A stretch of DNA of 63,628 nucleotides, the filler included. It is 5 parts of 5 records of this genome, joined end to end, with 100 filler letters (N's around TTAATTAATTAA, not from the genome) between each part and the next. Parts side by side here need not be neighbours in the genome. Positions count along the whole stretch, not along the records: positions 1 to 15,069 come from SRR2962707_1583; positions 15,170 to 35,493 come from SRR2962707_1597; 3 more parts are not named here. One strand, given 5' to 3'. The notes under the pieces were generated by a model. The model ran no database searches. It was given only the letters and a program-made list of their open reading frames with translations, and was not told the DNA's origin. Position numbers and translations under genes: made by a program. Position 1 is the first letter of the stretch. Every line of letters starts with the position of its first letter. Of the stretch, positions 12,101-23,934 are shown in pieces.

Positions 12101-14800
12101 TTCTTTGTTCGCAGCCTTTACACTCCGCTCGTAAGACACAACAGCAGCACGCAAGTCGTGAGCTTGAAAGAGCTGTTGTTCGACAATGGGCTTCATTTCG
12201 GCCTCATTCCGTTGGGCAACATCGTGTTCTGCTCTGCGACGTCTCTCGAGCTCACTAGCTTGTCGTTCCGCCACCTCCTCACGGGCCTGGGACAGTTCAA
12301 ATTGTCGCTGCCAGTAACTGAACACGTGCATCCACGATTTTGACCAAGATTTGCGCTCAGTCAAGTTCGTTCTCACCGTAGCAGCCTCAGCTGTCTCTTG
12401 TGCCTTTGCCTCAGCGCGACGCCTGATGTCCTGTTCGTTGTAGGCCAACCACTGTTTCCGTTCAAGGTCGATGGTTTCTGTGGACTTCTGTTTTTCGTGA
12501 CTACGGCGCTCCAACTTGACGACAAAAAACACCAAATTTTCATGTAATGAAGGCGTAATGTTAACTCGGTACGTTCACAAGAGTAAACAATCGCAAAAAA
12601 ACATGTATCAACCACAGCGCACCATCTCAGCTTCATATTCAGCACGCTTTCTTTCGTGAATATTTCTCAGCTGTTGCATATTAGCTTCACGGGCCCGATC
12701 GCGTGCTTCGTGCGCAAGTCGCCGCTCTTGTCGTTGGCGGTCTATGTCCTCTCGCTCCCGTACCAGCCACGCATTGCGAGCTCGACTCTCCCGCTCCACG
12801 CGCTTTTGACGACCAAGCTGTTGGCGCAGCTTTTCGTTTTCTCCCCACTGACGAAGCTGTTGCATGTACCTGTCCGGAACCATCGGAACACATTTGCGCA
12901 AAAAAAGCAGCAATTCGTCAGTCACCGTTTCCAAAGAGCTCCAAAGAGCTCTCCCCCCGCGTCCACTTTTTTTTGTTGCGTACTCTGTAACGTCGCCTTG
13001 TGAAGTATCCGGCTTCCGGAAATGCTCAACATTGACAACAGTGTAGTTTGGAGCAACATTGGATTCCCATTTTGGGTCGTCGACACCTCGAACAAACTTC
13101 GATGCCACTCGCGTGGCTACCTGAGACGGTGACAAAGCCTTGAAGAGATTGGATCCAACGGACTCCTTCCACGTCGCGATCATGCGCTCTTTGGTCATTC
13201 CACACACGGGCCTGCACAGTGAAACTTGGTCTTTTAGCTGCAAATGGTTGATGACCACACAACGGGAACACATAGGCCTGCAATCGTACGATTTATTTCG
13301 CTCTCGCTCTTCGCCACGCCTTATTTTCTCAGCTTCTCGGGCTGCTGCCTCAACAGGATCCCAATCATACTCAATGACAGTTCCTTCAATCATCCCAATG
13401 AATCGCAGCATAAAGGACCAGCCAACTGCAACACATATTTTTTGCATGTGCGCATCAAGCCAGGGTCCAATTTGTTTGCAATTGAATCGACGTGGTGTCT
13501 GTACCTGTGTCTTTTTCCACCCAATACCACACGTCGCGGGTGACGTCGAATTTCTTGACGAGTCGGGATCGTCGACGAACGTCGTCATGCGCCTAACACC
13601 AATGAAAATGAACGCGAAAAACATGTCAAGTTCCCCACCGCATTGGGTGGTCAATGCCTTCTCGAACAGCAACCAGTTCAAACGTGCGTTTGGACAAACC
13701 TCCTCTAGAAGTTGCAACTTCGCACTCCGCGTTACCTTAGCGTCGCTCCGATGATAGCCTTGGTGTGGGTGGAGGCTTTTGAAGTCCGGGTCAATGAAAG
13801 CAGTATTGGCTGCAACCGCATCACGCAACGGAGTTGTAGCGGAATTGTGATGGAACTCCTTTGAGCCCGACAGGGACGAAATAGGGATCTCGTGGATTGG
13901 TACAATGTTACCAAAATGCTGGTAGTGAGTTGGTTGTAAGAGGCGTGGAAGGCGAAGTTCGTCCTCCGATAAGACCAGTGCACCGGCAGATCGTGCTCGT
14001 GGTGAGCTGTCAAAGTGAAGAACTTCGTCGTTGGATCGTTTCGACAAAGGCGTTGAGCCAGTCGAAGCTGGGGACGCGAGGGCTGAGCTCTCGGCGGAGT
14101 ATTTCCGCCACGCAGGCCCATGCGACTTCGTCGACAGACCTGGGTCCGATTTGCGTGTGACAGTATGTTGATCGTAAGAACGAAGGAGTGCTCCACGTGC
14201 CTCGAATTTTTTCTGCTCCAAAAGTTGGTCGCGGGTCGCCACGTTCAAACTGGCCAGCCGGCGAGCGCCATCGCCGTGCTTTTGAACGTGCACGATTCGT
14301 TGGTCTGCGTGAGTCCCGGGCAGCACAGTCAAAGAGTTTGCCTTCTTTAGCTTCCTCGACGTTGGGCTGGTTTTCGCAGGAATTGGAGCAAGCCGCTTCT
14401 TGGCTACTGCTGCCAGCACAGGCGAGGTGCTTTTTTTTAACGTCTGATACTCAGCTTCAAGGCTCGACACATCTAACAGGCCTTTGCTCCTCTGCCGAGC
14501 TCCCACTCCACCCTCAAGGCTGTCCTCGATTGCACCGTACAAGCGTTCCACTGTCCCGTGACTCGCTAGGCTGAAGCGCACAGTCCGCCTCTCAACGCCA
14601 TCGAGCCCACGGTGCTCTGGAACTGGCTGCCCGCCTGTCAGGTTGGAAACGTGCTGCTTTATTTCATCCCGGCGCTCACGGATTGCCGTGTTGCGAGCGA
14701 TTCTATTCACGAGTTTCGTCTTCTTAAACTTGAACTCAGCGTCTTGAACCTGCACATTTTGTGCAGCAGACGCGTCCCCATCGACTGGGGTGCTGGCCAT
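3169..14800 (-). CDS. Giant multi-exon scaffold protein, about 3,210 aa: coiled coils, IQ motifs, ankyrin clusters, WW domain, C-terminal EF-hand
   Basis: Hand-spliced exons: 14800-13700, 13592-13505, 13383-13290, 13211-12623, 12514-11894, 11797-11645, 11555-11178, 11079-10955, 10846-10567, 10445-10251, 10164-9757, 9642-8917, 8744-7888, 7760-5976, 5865-4427, 4309-4076, 3985-3834, 3715-3477, 3337-3169. All junctions keep phase; spliced length 9633 nt. Motifs: IQ (AATCIQRIMRGHL), ankyrin (GFTPLHLAARYGH, GETALMMAARCGH), WW (PGWEAHLDEDGYEYYYHPESGESQWERP), EF loop (DWDQNGTIEFNE). Confidence 0.75.
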
Positions 14801-15042
14801 CTTGGCGCAGCTCAGCTGTCAAGGCAGCGTTTGCATCGTCTAGAGTTGACGCCCTCGCACAGAGGGACACCGATTATTGTGGAGCAGAAGCGGGCACGCG
14901 CACGGAAACAAACCAAGAAAAAGCAGAAGAAGCAGAAGAAGCCGAAGAAGCAGAAGAGAAGAACGGGAAGAAGGGAAGGGGCAGTAGGGGAAAAACACAC
15001 ACACGAACAGCTTCCACACTTCAAAAACTTCACCCAAAGAAG

Positions 15043-15069
15043 CACACACACGCACACACGCACACACAC
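15043..15069. repeat. (CA)n microsatellite at contig end
   Basis: Direct: cacacaca... tract before the N spacer. Confidence 0.9.
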
Positions 15070-15169
15070 NNNNNNNNNNNNNNNNNNNNNNNNNNNNNNN
15101 NNNNNNNNNNNNNTTAATTAATTAANNNNNNNNNNNNNNNNNNNNNNNNNNNNNNNNNNNNNNNNNNNN
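15070..15169. other. Artificial contig spacer
   Basis: N-run, TTAATTAATTAA (stops in all six frames), N-run; composition changes abruptly across it. Confidence 0.97.
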
Positions 15170-15225
<56 letters not shown>

Positions 15226-15243
15226 ATGTTTATGAAATCGGTG

Positions 15244-15251
15244 TATATTTG
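15244..15251 (+). promoter_or_regulatory. Bacteroidota sigmaA -7 element (TAnnTTTG)
   Basis: TATATTTG upstream of the amidohydrolase ATG; same motif upstream of gyrB, mdh, secDF and metE. Confidence 0.65.
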
Positions 15252-15279
15252 AAATTCAATAAACTTAATCAATCTAAAT

Positions 15280-16899
15280 ATGAGAAATATCTTCTTTGTA
15301 GGAATTATTTTAATGCTTGTTTCGTGCGGTCAAAAGGAAAAAGTAGCTTTAGTAGTTATCAATGCAAATGTATATACGGTAGATAGTTTAATGTCGAATG
15401 TAGAAGCTTTTGCAGTAAAAGACGAAAAGTTTGTTGCGGTAGGAACATCCGATGAGATAACAAAAAAATATACTTCAGAAAAAATAATAGACTTAAAAGG
15501 AAAACCTGTTTATCCAGGATTTATAGATGCACATTGCCATTTTTATGGATTAGGACTTCAAGAGCAAAATGTAGATTTAGTAGGAACCCAAAGTTATGAA
15601 GAGGTTATTCAGCGGGTGGTCGATTTTCAGAAAAAAAGAAATACCGATTTTATAGTAGGTAGAGGTTGGGATCAGAATGATTGGGAGGAAAAGGAGTTTC
15701 CTACAAAAGAAGCTTTAGATTCTTTGTATCCTAACACGCCTGTGGTTTTATCTAGAATTGATGGACATGCTTATTTAGTGAATCAAAAAGCCTTGGATTT
15801 GGCAGGAATTACTCCAGAAACAAAAGTTGACGGTGGAGAAATAGTTCTTCAAGATGGAGAGCTTACAGGAGTTCTAGTTGATAATCCAATGGGATTAATA
15901 GATGCGGTTTTTCCTGAAACAACACCTGAAGTTGCAACAAAAGCTTTAGAAGATGCTCAGAAAATTTGCTTTGATTACGGGCTCACAACTGTAAATGATG
16001 CTGGTTTAAGTAAAGAAACTATTTTATTGATAGATAGTTTGCAAAAAGCAGGAGTACTAGATATGCGCATTTATGCAATGGTTAGTAATACTCCAGAAAA
16101 CTTAGATTACTTCCTTGATCGTGGGGTTTTAAAAACGGATAAATTAGATGTACGTTCGGTAAAAGCGTATGCAGATGGAGCTTTAGGGTCGCGCGGTGCA
16201 GCTTTAAAGGCGCCATATTCCGATAAACATAATCATTTTGGAGCGATGGTAACGCCTGTAGATCAGATTTATAGTTTGGCAGAAAGGTTGGCGGAAACCG
16301 ATTATCAATTAAATACACATGCTATTGGAGATTCTGCAAATGTGGTGGTGCTTCGTGCTTATGAAAAAGCGTTACAAGGTAAAAAAGATAAACGTTGGAA
16401 GGTTGAACATGCTCAAATTGTAGCTGTTAACGATTTTGATTATTTCTCCAATAATATTATTCCTTCTGTTCAGCCAACACATGCAACTAGCGATATGTAT
16501 TGGGCGGAAGATAGAGTAGGGGCGCAACGTATTAAAGGTGCTTATGCTTATAAAACCTTATTGGAAAAGGCTGGAGTTATAGCCTTGGGTACAGATTTTC
16601 CTGTAGAGCATGTAAGTCCTTTTTTAACTTTTTATGCAGCGGTAGCTAGAAAAGATATTAAAGGTTATCCAGAAAATGGTTTTCAAACAAAAGATGCTTT
16701 AAGTAGAGAAGAAACTTTAAGAGGAATGACTATTTGGGCAGCCTATTCTAATTTTGAGGAAAATGAAAAGGGAAGTATTGAAGCTGGAAAGTGGGCAGAT
16801 TTTATAGTATTGGATAAAGATATAATGAGGGTGCCAGAGAGTGAAATTCCAAACTTAAAAGTGGAGGCTACTTATGTTGGTGGGAAGCAAGTAAAATAA
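15280..16899 (+). CDS. Amidohydrolase (YtcJ-like, amidohydrolase_3) lipoprotein
   Basis: PGFIDAHCH, ADGALGSRGA, THAIGD, KVEHAQ, GTDFPVE motifs; lipobox LVSC. Confidence 0.9.
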   Translation: MRNIFFVGIILMLVSCGQKEKVALVVINANVYTVDSLMSNVEAFAVKDEKFVAVGTSDEITKKYTSEKIIDLKGKPVYPGFIDAHCHFYGLGLQEQNVDLVGTQSYEEVIQRVVDFQKKRNTDFIVGRGWDQNDWEEKEFPTKEALDSLYPNTPVVLSRIDGHAYLVNQKALDLAGITPETKVDGGEIVLQDGELTGVLVDNPMGLIDAVFPETTPEVATKALEDAQKICFDYGLTTVNDAGLSKETILLIDSLQKAGVLDMRIYAMVSNTPENLDYFLDRGVLKTDKLDVRSVKAYADGALGSRGAALKAPYSDKHNHFGAMVTPVDQIYSLAERLAETDYQLNTHAIGDSANVVVLRAYEKALQGKKDKRWKVEHAQIVAVNDFDYFSNNIIPSVQPTHATSDMYWAEDRVGAQRIKGAYAYKTLLEKAGVIALGTDFPVEHVSPFLTFYAAVARKDIKGYPENGFQTKDALSREETLRGMTIWAAYSNFEENEKGSIEAGKWADFIVLDKDIMRVPESEIPNLKVEATYVGGKQVK

Positions 16900-16933
16900 A
16901 ATAGTATATTTACTGCACTTATAGAATGTGTGC

Positions 16934-17542
16934 ATGTGTAGAAAACTAATTGTTTTAGTTGTTATTGCTTCTTTTTTATCCTGTCATCATGCTAGATATA
17001 CAACTAGCACTGGGGCAAATGGGGCTCTTGATTTTACGGAGGGAAGATGGGTTTTGAATGACGCTACTTGCGTGAATTGTGATGGGGTTAGATTAGAAAA
17101 TAAATTAATGGAATTTTTAAAAGAATGTATTAAAGATTCTATTGTTAATCTGCATCAAGAGCGGCAACACAAGCTTATAATGTCTAAAATTTCTTTTGAG
17201 CCTTCCAAAACTGAATTAAGGGAAATAAGTAAAGGAACAGATGCGTCTTATCTAATAACGCTAGAAGGGAAAATTGTGAAAAACGAATTTGGAGGGATGG
17301 GGTACCAACGAGATGAACCCTATGTTGATGATGAAAATATTGCTGAGGTTTCTATTGCTTTTTACGATTTAAAAACTCAAACACAAATACATTATATAAA
17401 TACTAGAGGAGCTGTTTCTGTATCAAAAGATGAAGATGACGATGATGGAGATTTTGTTTTTGCGCCTTCTGCTTATAATATATTGTCAAAAGCAATAAGA
17501 AAGGATATAAAAAAGATTAAGAAAAATTGTAAGTGCAAATAA
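16934..17542 (+). CDS. Hypothetical lipoprotein
   Basis: About 200 aa ORF with lipobox FLSC; no family recognised. Confidence 0.7.
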   Translation: MCRKLIVLVVIASFLSCHHARYTTSTGANGALDFTEGRWVLNDATCVNCDGVRLENKLMEFLKECIKDSIVNLHQERQHKLIMSKISFEPSKTELREISKGTDASYLITLEGKIVKNEFGGMGYQRDEPYVDDENIAEVSIAFYDLKTQTQIHYINTRGAVSVSKDEDDDDGDFVFAPSAYNILSKAIRKDIKKIKKNCKCK

Positions 17543-17638
17543 CGCTCAATTTAGAGATGAGGGATTTAAAATAATAAAGGAGATTATCTTAAAAATAACG
17601 AAACCTAAAATACAATTTCCTTTAGTTGTTGGATTGTA

Positions 17639-17764
17639 GTCCTGAGTCCGTTGAAGGATTGTTAAGTTTTCGCCACGAATTCACAAATATATAATTCCAT
17701 TTTCCTTTCAATGGCATGCCAGTAGGACAAGGCAGGAATAATAAATGTATTTGTGAATTCGTGG
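17639..17764. repeat. Cluster of intergenic palindromic repeats, including a perfect 17-bp inverted repeat
   Basis: CCACGAATTCACAAATA (17673-17689) / TATTTGTGAATTCGTGG (17748-17764); GTCCTGAG-N5-TGAAGG at 17639. Confidence 0.8.
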
Positions 17765-17820
17765 TAAAAAAACTTTTCAGTAGTATGCTAGAAATATTAG
17801 CATTTATATATGAAGTGGGT

Positions 17821-18366
17821 TTATTTCTGAACAGTAATAGGTACTTCTACCCGAACTTTATCCCATCCCATAATCATTTTTGCGCCGTTTTCCATTGGAG
17901 CAAACATGATAGAGAATACTTCAAGAGATTCTTTTTCACTTGATGCTGGAACATTAATACGAGCAACATCATTAGCTTCATTATAAGAATAAGCTCCCCA
18001 AACATCGGTGTCTGTACTTAAAATAATTGTCCATTGATCCTTTCCAGGAATAGAAAACAAACTGTAAGTTCCAGCTTTGATAGGTTTTCCTCCCAAAGTA
18101 ACATCGTTAAAAAACTTAATTTCTGTAGCTTCATTTGCTCCAGTTCTCCAAACATCTCCATAAGCAGCAAGATCAATACCTACAACACGACCTTTTAATT
18201 GAGGCCTTCCGTAAATAACTTTAATTAATGGAGCAGCATTTTTCTCTGGTCTAAAGTAGACTATATCAGCAGGGCTCTTATCTAGACCGCTAAATTTTTG
18301 AGCTTCTACTTGTGTTGTGAATGATAATAAAGCTATGAAAATCATAGCAACAATGGTTCTTTTCAT
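17821..18366 (-). CDS. DUF2911-family secreted protein
   Basis: Signal peptide; KVIYGRPQLKGR and YGDVWRTGANEAT motifs. Confidence 0.85.
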   Translation of the reverse strand: MKRTIVAMIFIALLSFTTQVEAQKFSGLDKSPADIVYFRPEKNAAPLIKVIYGRPQLKGRVVGIDLAAYGDVWRTGANEATEIKFFNDVTLGGKPIKAGTYSLFSIPGKDQWTIILSTDTDVWGAYSYNEANDVARINVPASSEKESLEVFSIMFAPMENGAKMIMGWDKVRVEVPITVQK

Positions 18367-18619
18367 TATGGATTATTTAATTGTTATTAGCTACAAAGTT
18401 ATTTATAAACTTCTTTAGTTGTAGTAGTAATAAAACTTTAGAACTTACAAATCTTTAAAAAAAAGCAGTTATTTTTTTAATAAGAGTTTATTTCTATTAT
18501 ATTATTTCTATTTTTAGTTTATATATGTAAGCTATAATACACTTTTTGTTTTTAATATAAAACTAAGATTGCATATTTGCCTTATAAATAATCAGAAATA
18601 AAAAATTAAATATATAGTT

Positions 18620-20290
18620 ATGTGTGGAATTGTTTGTGCATTTGATTTAAAAGAAAAGGCAGAAGATTTAAGGCCTCAGTTGTTAGAGATGTCTAAAAGA
18701 GTGCGACATAGAGGTCCAGATTGGAGTGGTATTTATAGTGATGATAAGGCCATTTTAACACATGAGCGTTTAGCTATTGTTGATCCAGCTTCTGGGAAAC
18801 AACCTTTATTAAGTGAGGATGGCAAATTAGTTCTAGCTGCCAACGGAGAAATCTATAACCACAGAGAGCTCCGTAAGCAATTTGAAGGAAAGTATAGCTT
18901 TAAAACGGAATCCGACTGTGAAGTTATCTTAGCATTATATAAAGAAAAAGGAGTTGACTTTATAGATGAAATGAACGGGATTTTTGGTTTTGCTATTTAT
19001 GATACTGAAAAGGATGAGTATTTTGTAGCACGAGATCATATGGGAATTATTCCGCTTTACATTGGATGGGATATTAACGGAACCTTTTATGTAGCTTCAG
19101 AATTAAAAGCTTTAGAAGGGGTGTGTAGTAAAATTCAGTTATTTCCTCCAGGACACTATATGCACAGTTCGGATGGAGAGTTTAAAAAATGGTATGTTAG
19201 AGACTGGACAGAATATGATGCTGTAAAAGATAACGAAACCAGTATTCAGAAAGTAAAAGATGCTTTAGAAGCTGCTGTACATCGTCAGTTAATGTCGGAT
19301 GTGCCTTATGGAGTATTACTTTCAGGAGGTTTAGACTCTTCAGTAACTTCAGCAATAGCTAAAAAATATGCAGAAAAAAGAATTGAATCTGATGATACTT
19401 CAGAAGCATGGTGGCCACGTTTACACTCTTTTTCAGTAGGACTAGAAGGATCGCCAGATTTAGCAGCAGCACAAAAGGTAGCCGATCATATTGGAACTGT
19501 ACACCACGAAATTAAATTTACAATTCAAGAAGGATTAGATGCTATAAAAGATGTAATCTATAACTTAGAAACTTATGATATTACCACCATTAGAGCTTCC
19601 ACGCCTATGTACTTAATGGCTAGAGTAATTAAATCTATGGGGATAAAAATGGTTTTATCTGGAGAGGGAGCCGATGAGTTGTTTGGAGGATATTTATATT
19701 TCCACAAAGCGCCAAATGCAAAAGAATTCCATGAAGAAACAGTTCGAAAATTAAGTAAACTTCATATGTACGATTGTTTAAGAGCAAACAAGTCGTTAGC
19801 AGCATGGGGAATTGAAGGGCGTGTTCCATTTTTGGATAAAGAATTTATGGATGTAGCCATGAGTATCAACCCTCAGGATAAAATGATTAACGGGGAGCGT
19901 ATGGAGAAATGGGTGGTTCGTAAGGCTTTTGAAGATTATTTACCAGAAAGTGTTGCATGGAGACAAAAAGAGCAATTTTCTGACGGAGTAGGGTATAGTT
20001 GGATTGATACTTTAAAAGAAATGGTAAACGCAGAAGTAAGCGATGAGCAATTGGCAAATGCTAAATTCCGTTTCCCAATACAAACGCCAACTTCTAAAGA
20101 AGAATTTTATTACCGTTCTATTTTTGCAGAACACTTCCCATCGGATGCAGCAGCGCTTTGCGTGCCACAAGAAGCTTCGGTAGCATGTAGTACACAAATA
20201 GCTTTAGAATGGGATGAGGCGTTTAAAAACATGAACGATCCTTCTGGTAGGGCAGTTGCAAAAGTACATACAGATGCTTATCAAAAGTAA
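18620..20290 (+). CDS. asnB: Asparagine synthetase B (glutamine-hydrolysing)
   Basis: MCGI N-terminus, RHRGPD, LLSGGLDSS, SGEGADE. Confidence 0.97.
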   Translation: MCGIVCAFDLKEKAEDLRPQLLEMSKRVRHRGPDWSGIYSDDKAILTHERLAIVDPASGKQPLLSEDGKLVLAANGEIYNHRELRKQFEGKYSFKTESDCEVILALYKEKGVDFIDEMNGIFGFAIYDTEKDEYFVARDHMGIIPLYIGWDINGTFYVASELKALEGVCSKIQLFPPGHYMHSSDGEFKKWYVRDWTEYDAVKDNETSIQKVKDALEAAVHRQLMSDVPYGVLLSGGLDSSVTSAIAKKYAEKRIESDDTSEAWWPRLHSFSVGLEGSPDLAAAQKVADHIGTVHHEIKFTIQEGLDAIKDVIYNLETYDITTIRASTPMYLMARVIKSMGIKMVLSGEGADELFGGYLYFHKAPNAKEFHEETVRKLSKLHMYDCLRANKSLAAWGIEGRVPFLDKEFMDVAMSINPQDKMINGERMEKWVVRKAFEDYLPESVAWRQKEQFSDGVGYSWIDTLKEMVNAEVSDEQLANAKFRFPIQTPTSKEEFYYRSIFAEHFPSDAAALCVPQEASVACSTQIALEWDEAFKNMNDPSGRAVAKVHTDAYQK

Positions 20291-20324
20291 TTTTTAAGCA
20301 GAAAATCTAGTTATTTTGATTTAT

Positions 20325-20366
20325 AAAAGCTACAAAATCTCGCATTTGCGGGATTTTGTAGCTTTT
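20325..20366 (+). terminator. Intrinsic terminator after asnB
   Basis: AAAAGCTACAAAATCTCGCA-TT-TGCGGGATTTTGTAGCTTTT. Confidence 0.85.
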
Positions 20367-20511
20367 GCTGATTTTTACAAATGTTAAAATTGTTTAGAAT
20401 TAATTTTAAGGCTGTTTTAAGGCTATTTAAGAGCGTTTTAAAGTAATCAACAATTGTTGATAATTTTAGGTGGTTTGACTTCAAAAGCTTTAAAATAAGG
20501 CGATATTTTCG

Positions 20512-20555
20512 TATATTTGTAAGTATTCAAAAGGATGCACTCAGTGCATTTTTTT
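20512..20555 (+). promoter_or_regulatory. gyrB promoter -7 element followed by a terminator-like leader hairpin
   Basis: TATATTTG (20512-20519); ATGCAC-TCA-GTGCAT plus T6 (20535-20555). Confidence 0.55.
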
Positions 20556-20639
20556 ATGTTTAATTGGTTCAAAAATAGATAATCATAAAGACTCATTTGA
20601 AACAAGCTTCTTTGTTTGTTTTTTAGAGTTTTCAATTAA

Positions 20640-22598
<1,959 letters not shown>

Positions 22599-22625
22599 AT
22601 CCCTTCCTGAGGGTTTTATTTTCCG

Positions 22626-22723
22626 AGAGCCTGTCCTGAGGTTACCGAAGCGGCTCTACGTTGAAATAGATTAAATTATTTTTCTTTACAATACCTCGTA
22701 GGTTTGCCTTGAGGTAGTTAATT
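22626..22723. repeat. Two short REP-like repeat copies after gyrB
   Basis: GTCCTGAG-GTTAC-CGAAG (cf. 17639) and ATACCTCGTAGGTTTGCCTTGAGGTAG (cf. 30912, 34672). Confidence 0.6.
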
Positions 22724-22744
22724 AATATAACATATTTTATGTTG

Positions 22745-22774
22745 AAAAACTCATGGGAAACCATGAGTTTTTTT
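22745..22774 (+). terminator. Intrinsic terminator after gyrB
   Basis: AAAAACTCATGG-GAAA-CCATGAGTTTTTTT. Confidence 0.85.
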
Positions 22775-22811
22775 ATTTTGCAGCCAGTTTAAAATCATAT
22801 AATCAACTTAA

Positions 22812-23834
22812 ATGAAAAAAATATTTTTACTTTTTATCGTTTTACTTTCTACCTCTTTTTTAAGAGCGCAAGATAGTTTTGATGCGCTTTTAGCCGCTGG
22901 AGTAAACGATGCGCAACAATTTACTAACGATTACCTTGCTCCCGGAACCGATGCGTTGATGTATGGAATTAACAATGGCTGGTATAATACGGCCAAAGTA
23001 AAGCCTTTATTAGGGTTTGAGATTTCTGTAATGGCAAATGCTGGAATTATTAGCGATAGTAAGAAATCTTTTTTAATGAATACTGCCGACTATGACAATG
23101 TTTCCTTTGTAAATGGTGAACAGAGTCAAAATGTGGGCACGGTTTTAGGAGAAAATGATCCTTCTGTTTTAGTTGAAGTTACGTATGAAGATCCTATTTT
23201 TGGAAATCAAACAGTAGCATTAGAATTACCAAACGGATTGGCGGCAGAGAACATTAGTTTTCTGCCTACTGCTTTTTTGCAAGGAAGTATAGGACTTTCT
23301 TTTGGGACTGAGTTTAAAGCTAGATTTGTACCTAAAATAAATGCCGATGATACGGAAATTGGAATGTATGGTTTTGGGTTGCAACACGATTTTACCCATT
23401 GGTTGCCAGCAGATAAATTGCTACCAGTTGCTATTTCGGGGATGGTGGCTTATACTCATTTAGATGGGAAATACGACTTTACAGATACTTCAGGGATTGA
23501 TGGTGAAAACCAACGCTTGGAAAATAGTACCAATACTTGGTTGTTTCAACTTATAGGTTCTACTCGATTGCCAGTTATTAACTTTTATGGAGGTTTAGGG
23601 TATTTAAGTGGGAAATCGGAATCCGATGTTTTGGGAACTTATATTGTAACTAATGATGCCTTGGGGATTTCTTCAGAAGCAATTGTAGATCCATATTCGG
23701 TTTCTAGTAGCGTTTCTGGGGTAAGAGCAACCTTAGGCACTAGATTAAAGTTAGGATTCTTTCGTATAAATGCCGATTATACCTTCGCAGAATACGATAG
23801 TTTTTCTCTAGGGTTGAATTTTGGCATCCGATAG
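22812..23834 (+). CDS. Bacteroidota outer-membrane beta-barrel-like protein (DUF6588-like)
   Basis: Signal peptide, NNGWYNTAK motif, C-terminal amphipathic strands ending LGLNFGIR. Confidence 0.7.
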   Translation: MKKIFLLFIVLLSTSFLRAQDSFDALLAAGVNDAQQFTNDYLAPGTDALMYGINNGWYNTAKVKPLLGFEISVMANAGIISDSKKSFLMNTADYDNVSFVNGEQSQNVGTVLGENDPSVLVEVTYEDPIFGNQTVALELPNGLAAENISFLPTAFLQGSIGLSFGTEFKARFVPKINADDTEIGMYGFGLQHDFTHWLPADKLLPVAISGMVAYTHLDGKYDFTDTSGIDGENQRLENSTNTWLFQLIGSTRLPVINFYGGLGYLSGKSESDVLGTYIVTNDALGISSEAIVDPYSVSSSVSGVRATLGTRLKLGFFRINADYTFAEYDSFSLGLNFGIR

Positions 23835-23934
23835 TATTTTTATAACATATTTAATAATTTTCAAAGCTACTGATTGTGTTAAAATTAGTAGCTTTGTGTT
23901 TTATAAATATTCATTTAAATAAAATAACATATAT

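Noticed and set aside
14612-15069. Lys/Glu-rich ORFs near the end of contig 1
   Set aside because: They arise from GAA-rich low-complexity and CA-repeat sequence upstream of the large gene.
15114-15125. TTAATTAATTAA palindrome recurring four times
   Set aside because: Always centred in N-runs; an artificial linker with stops in all frames.
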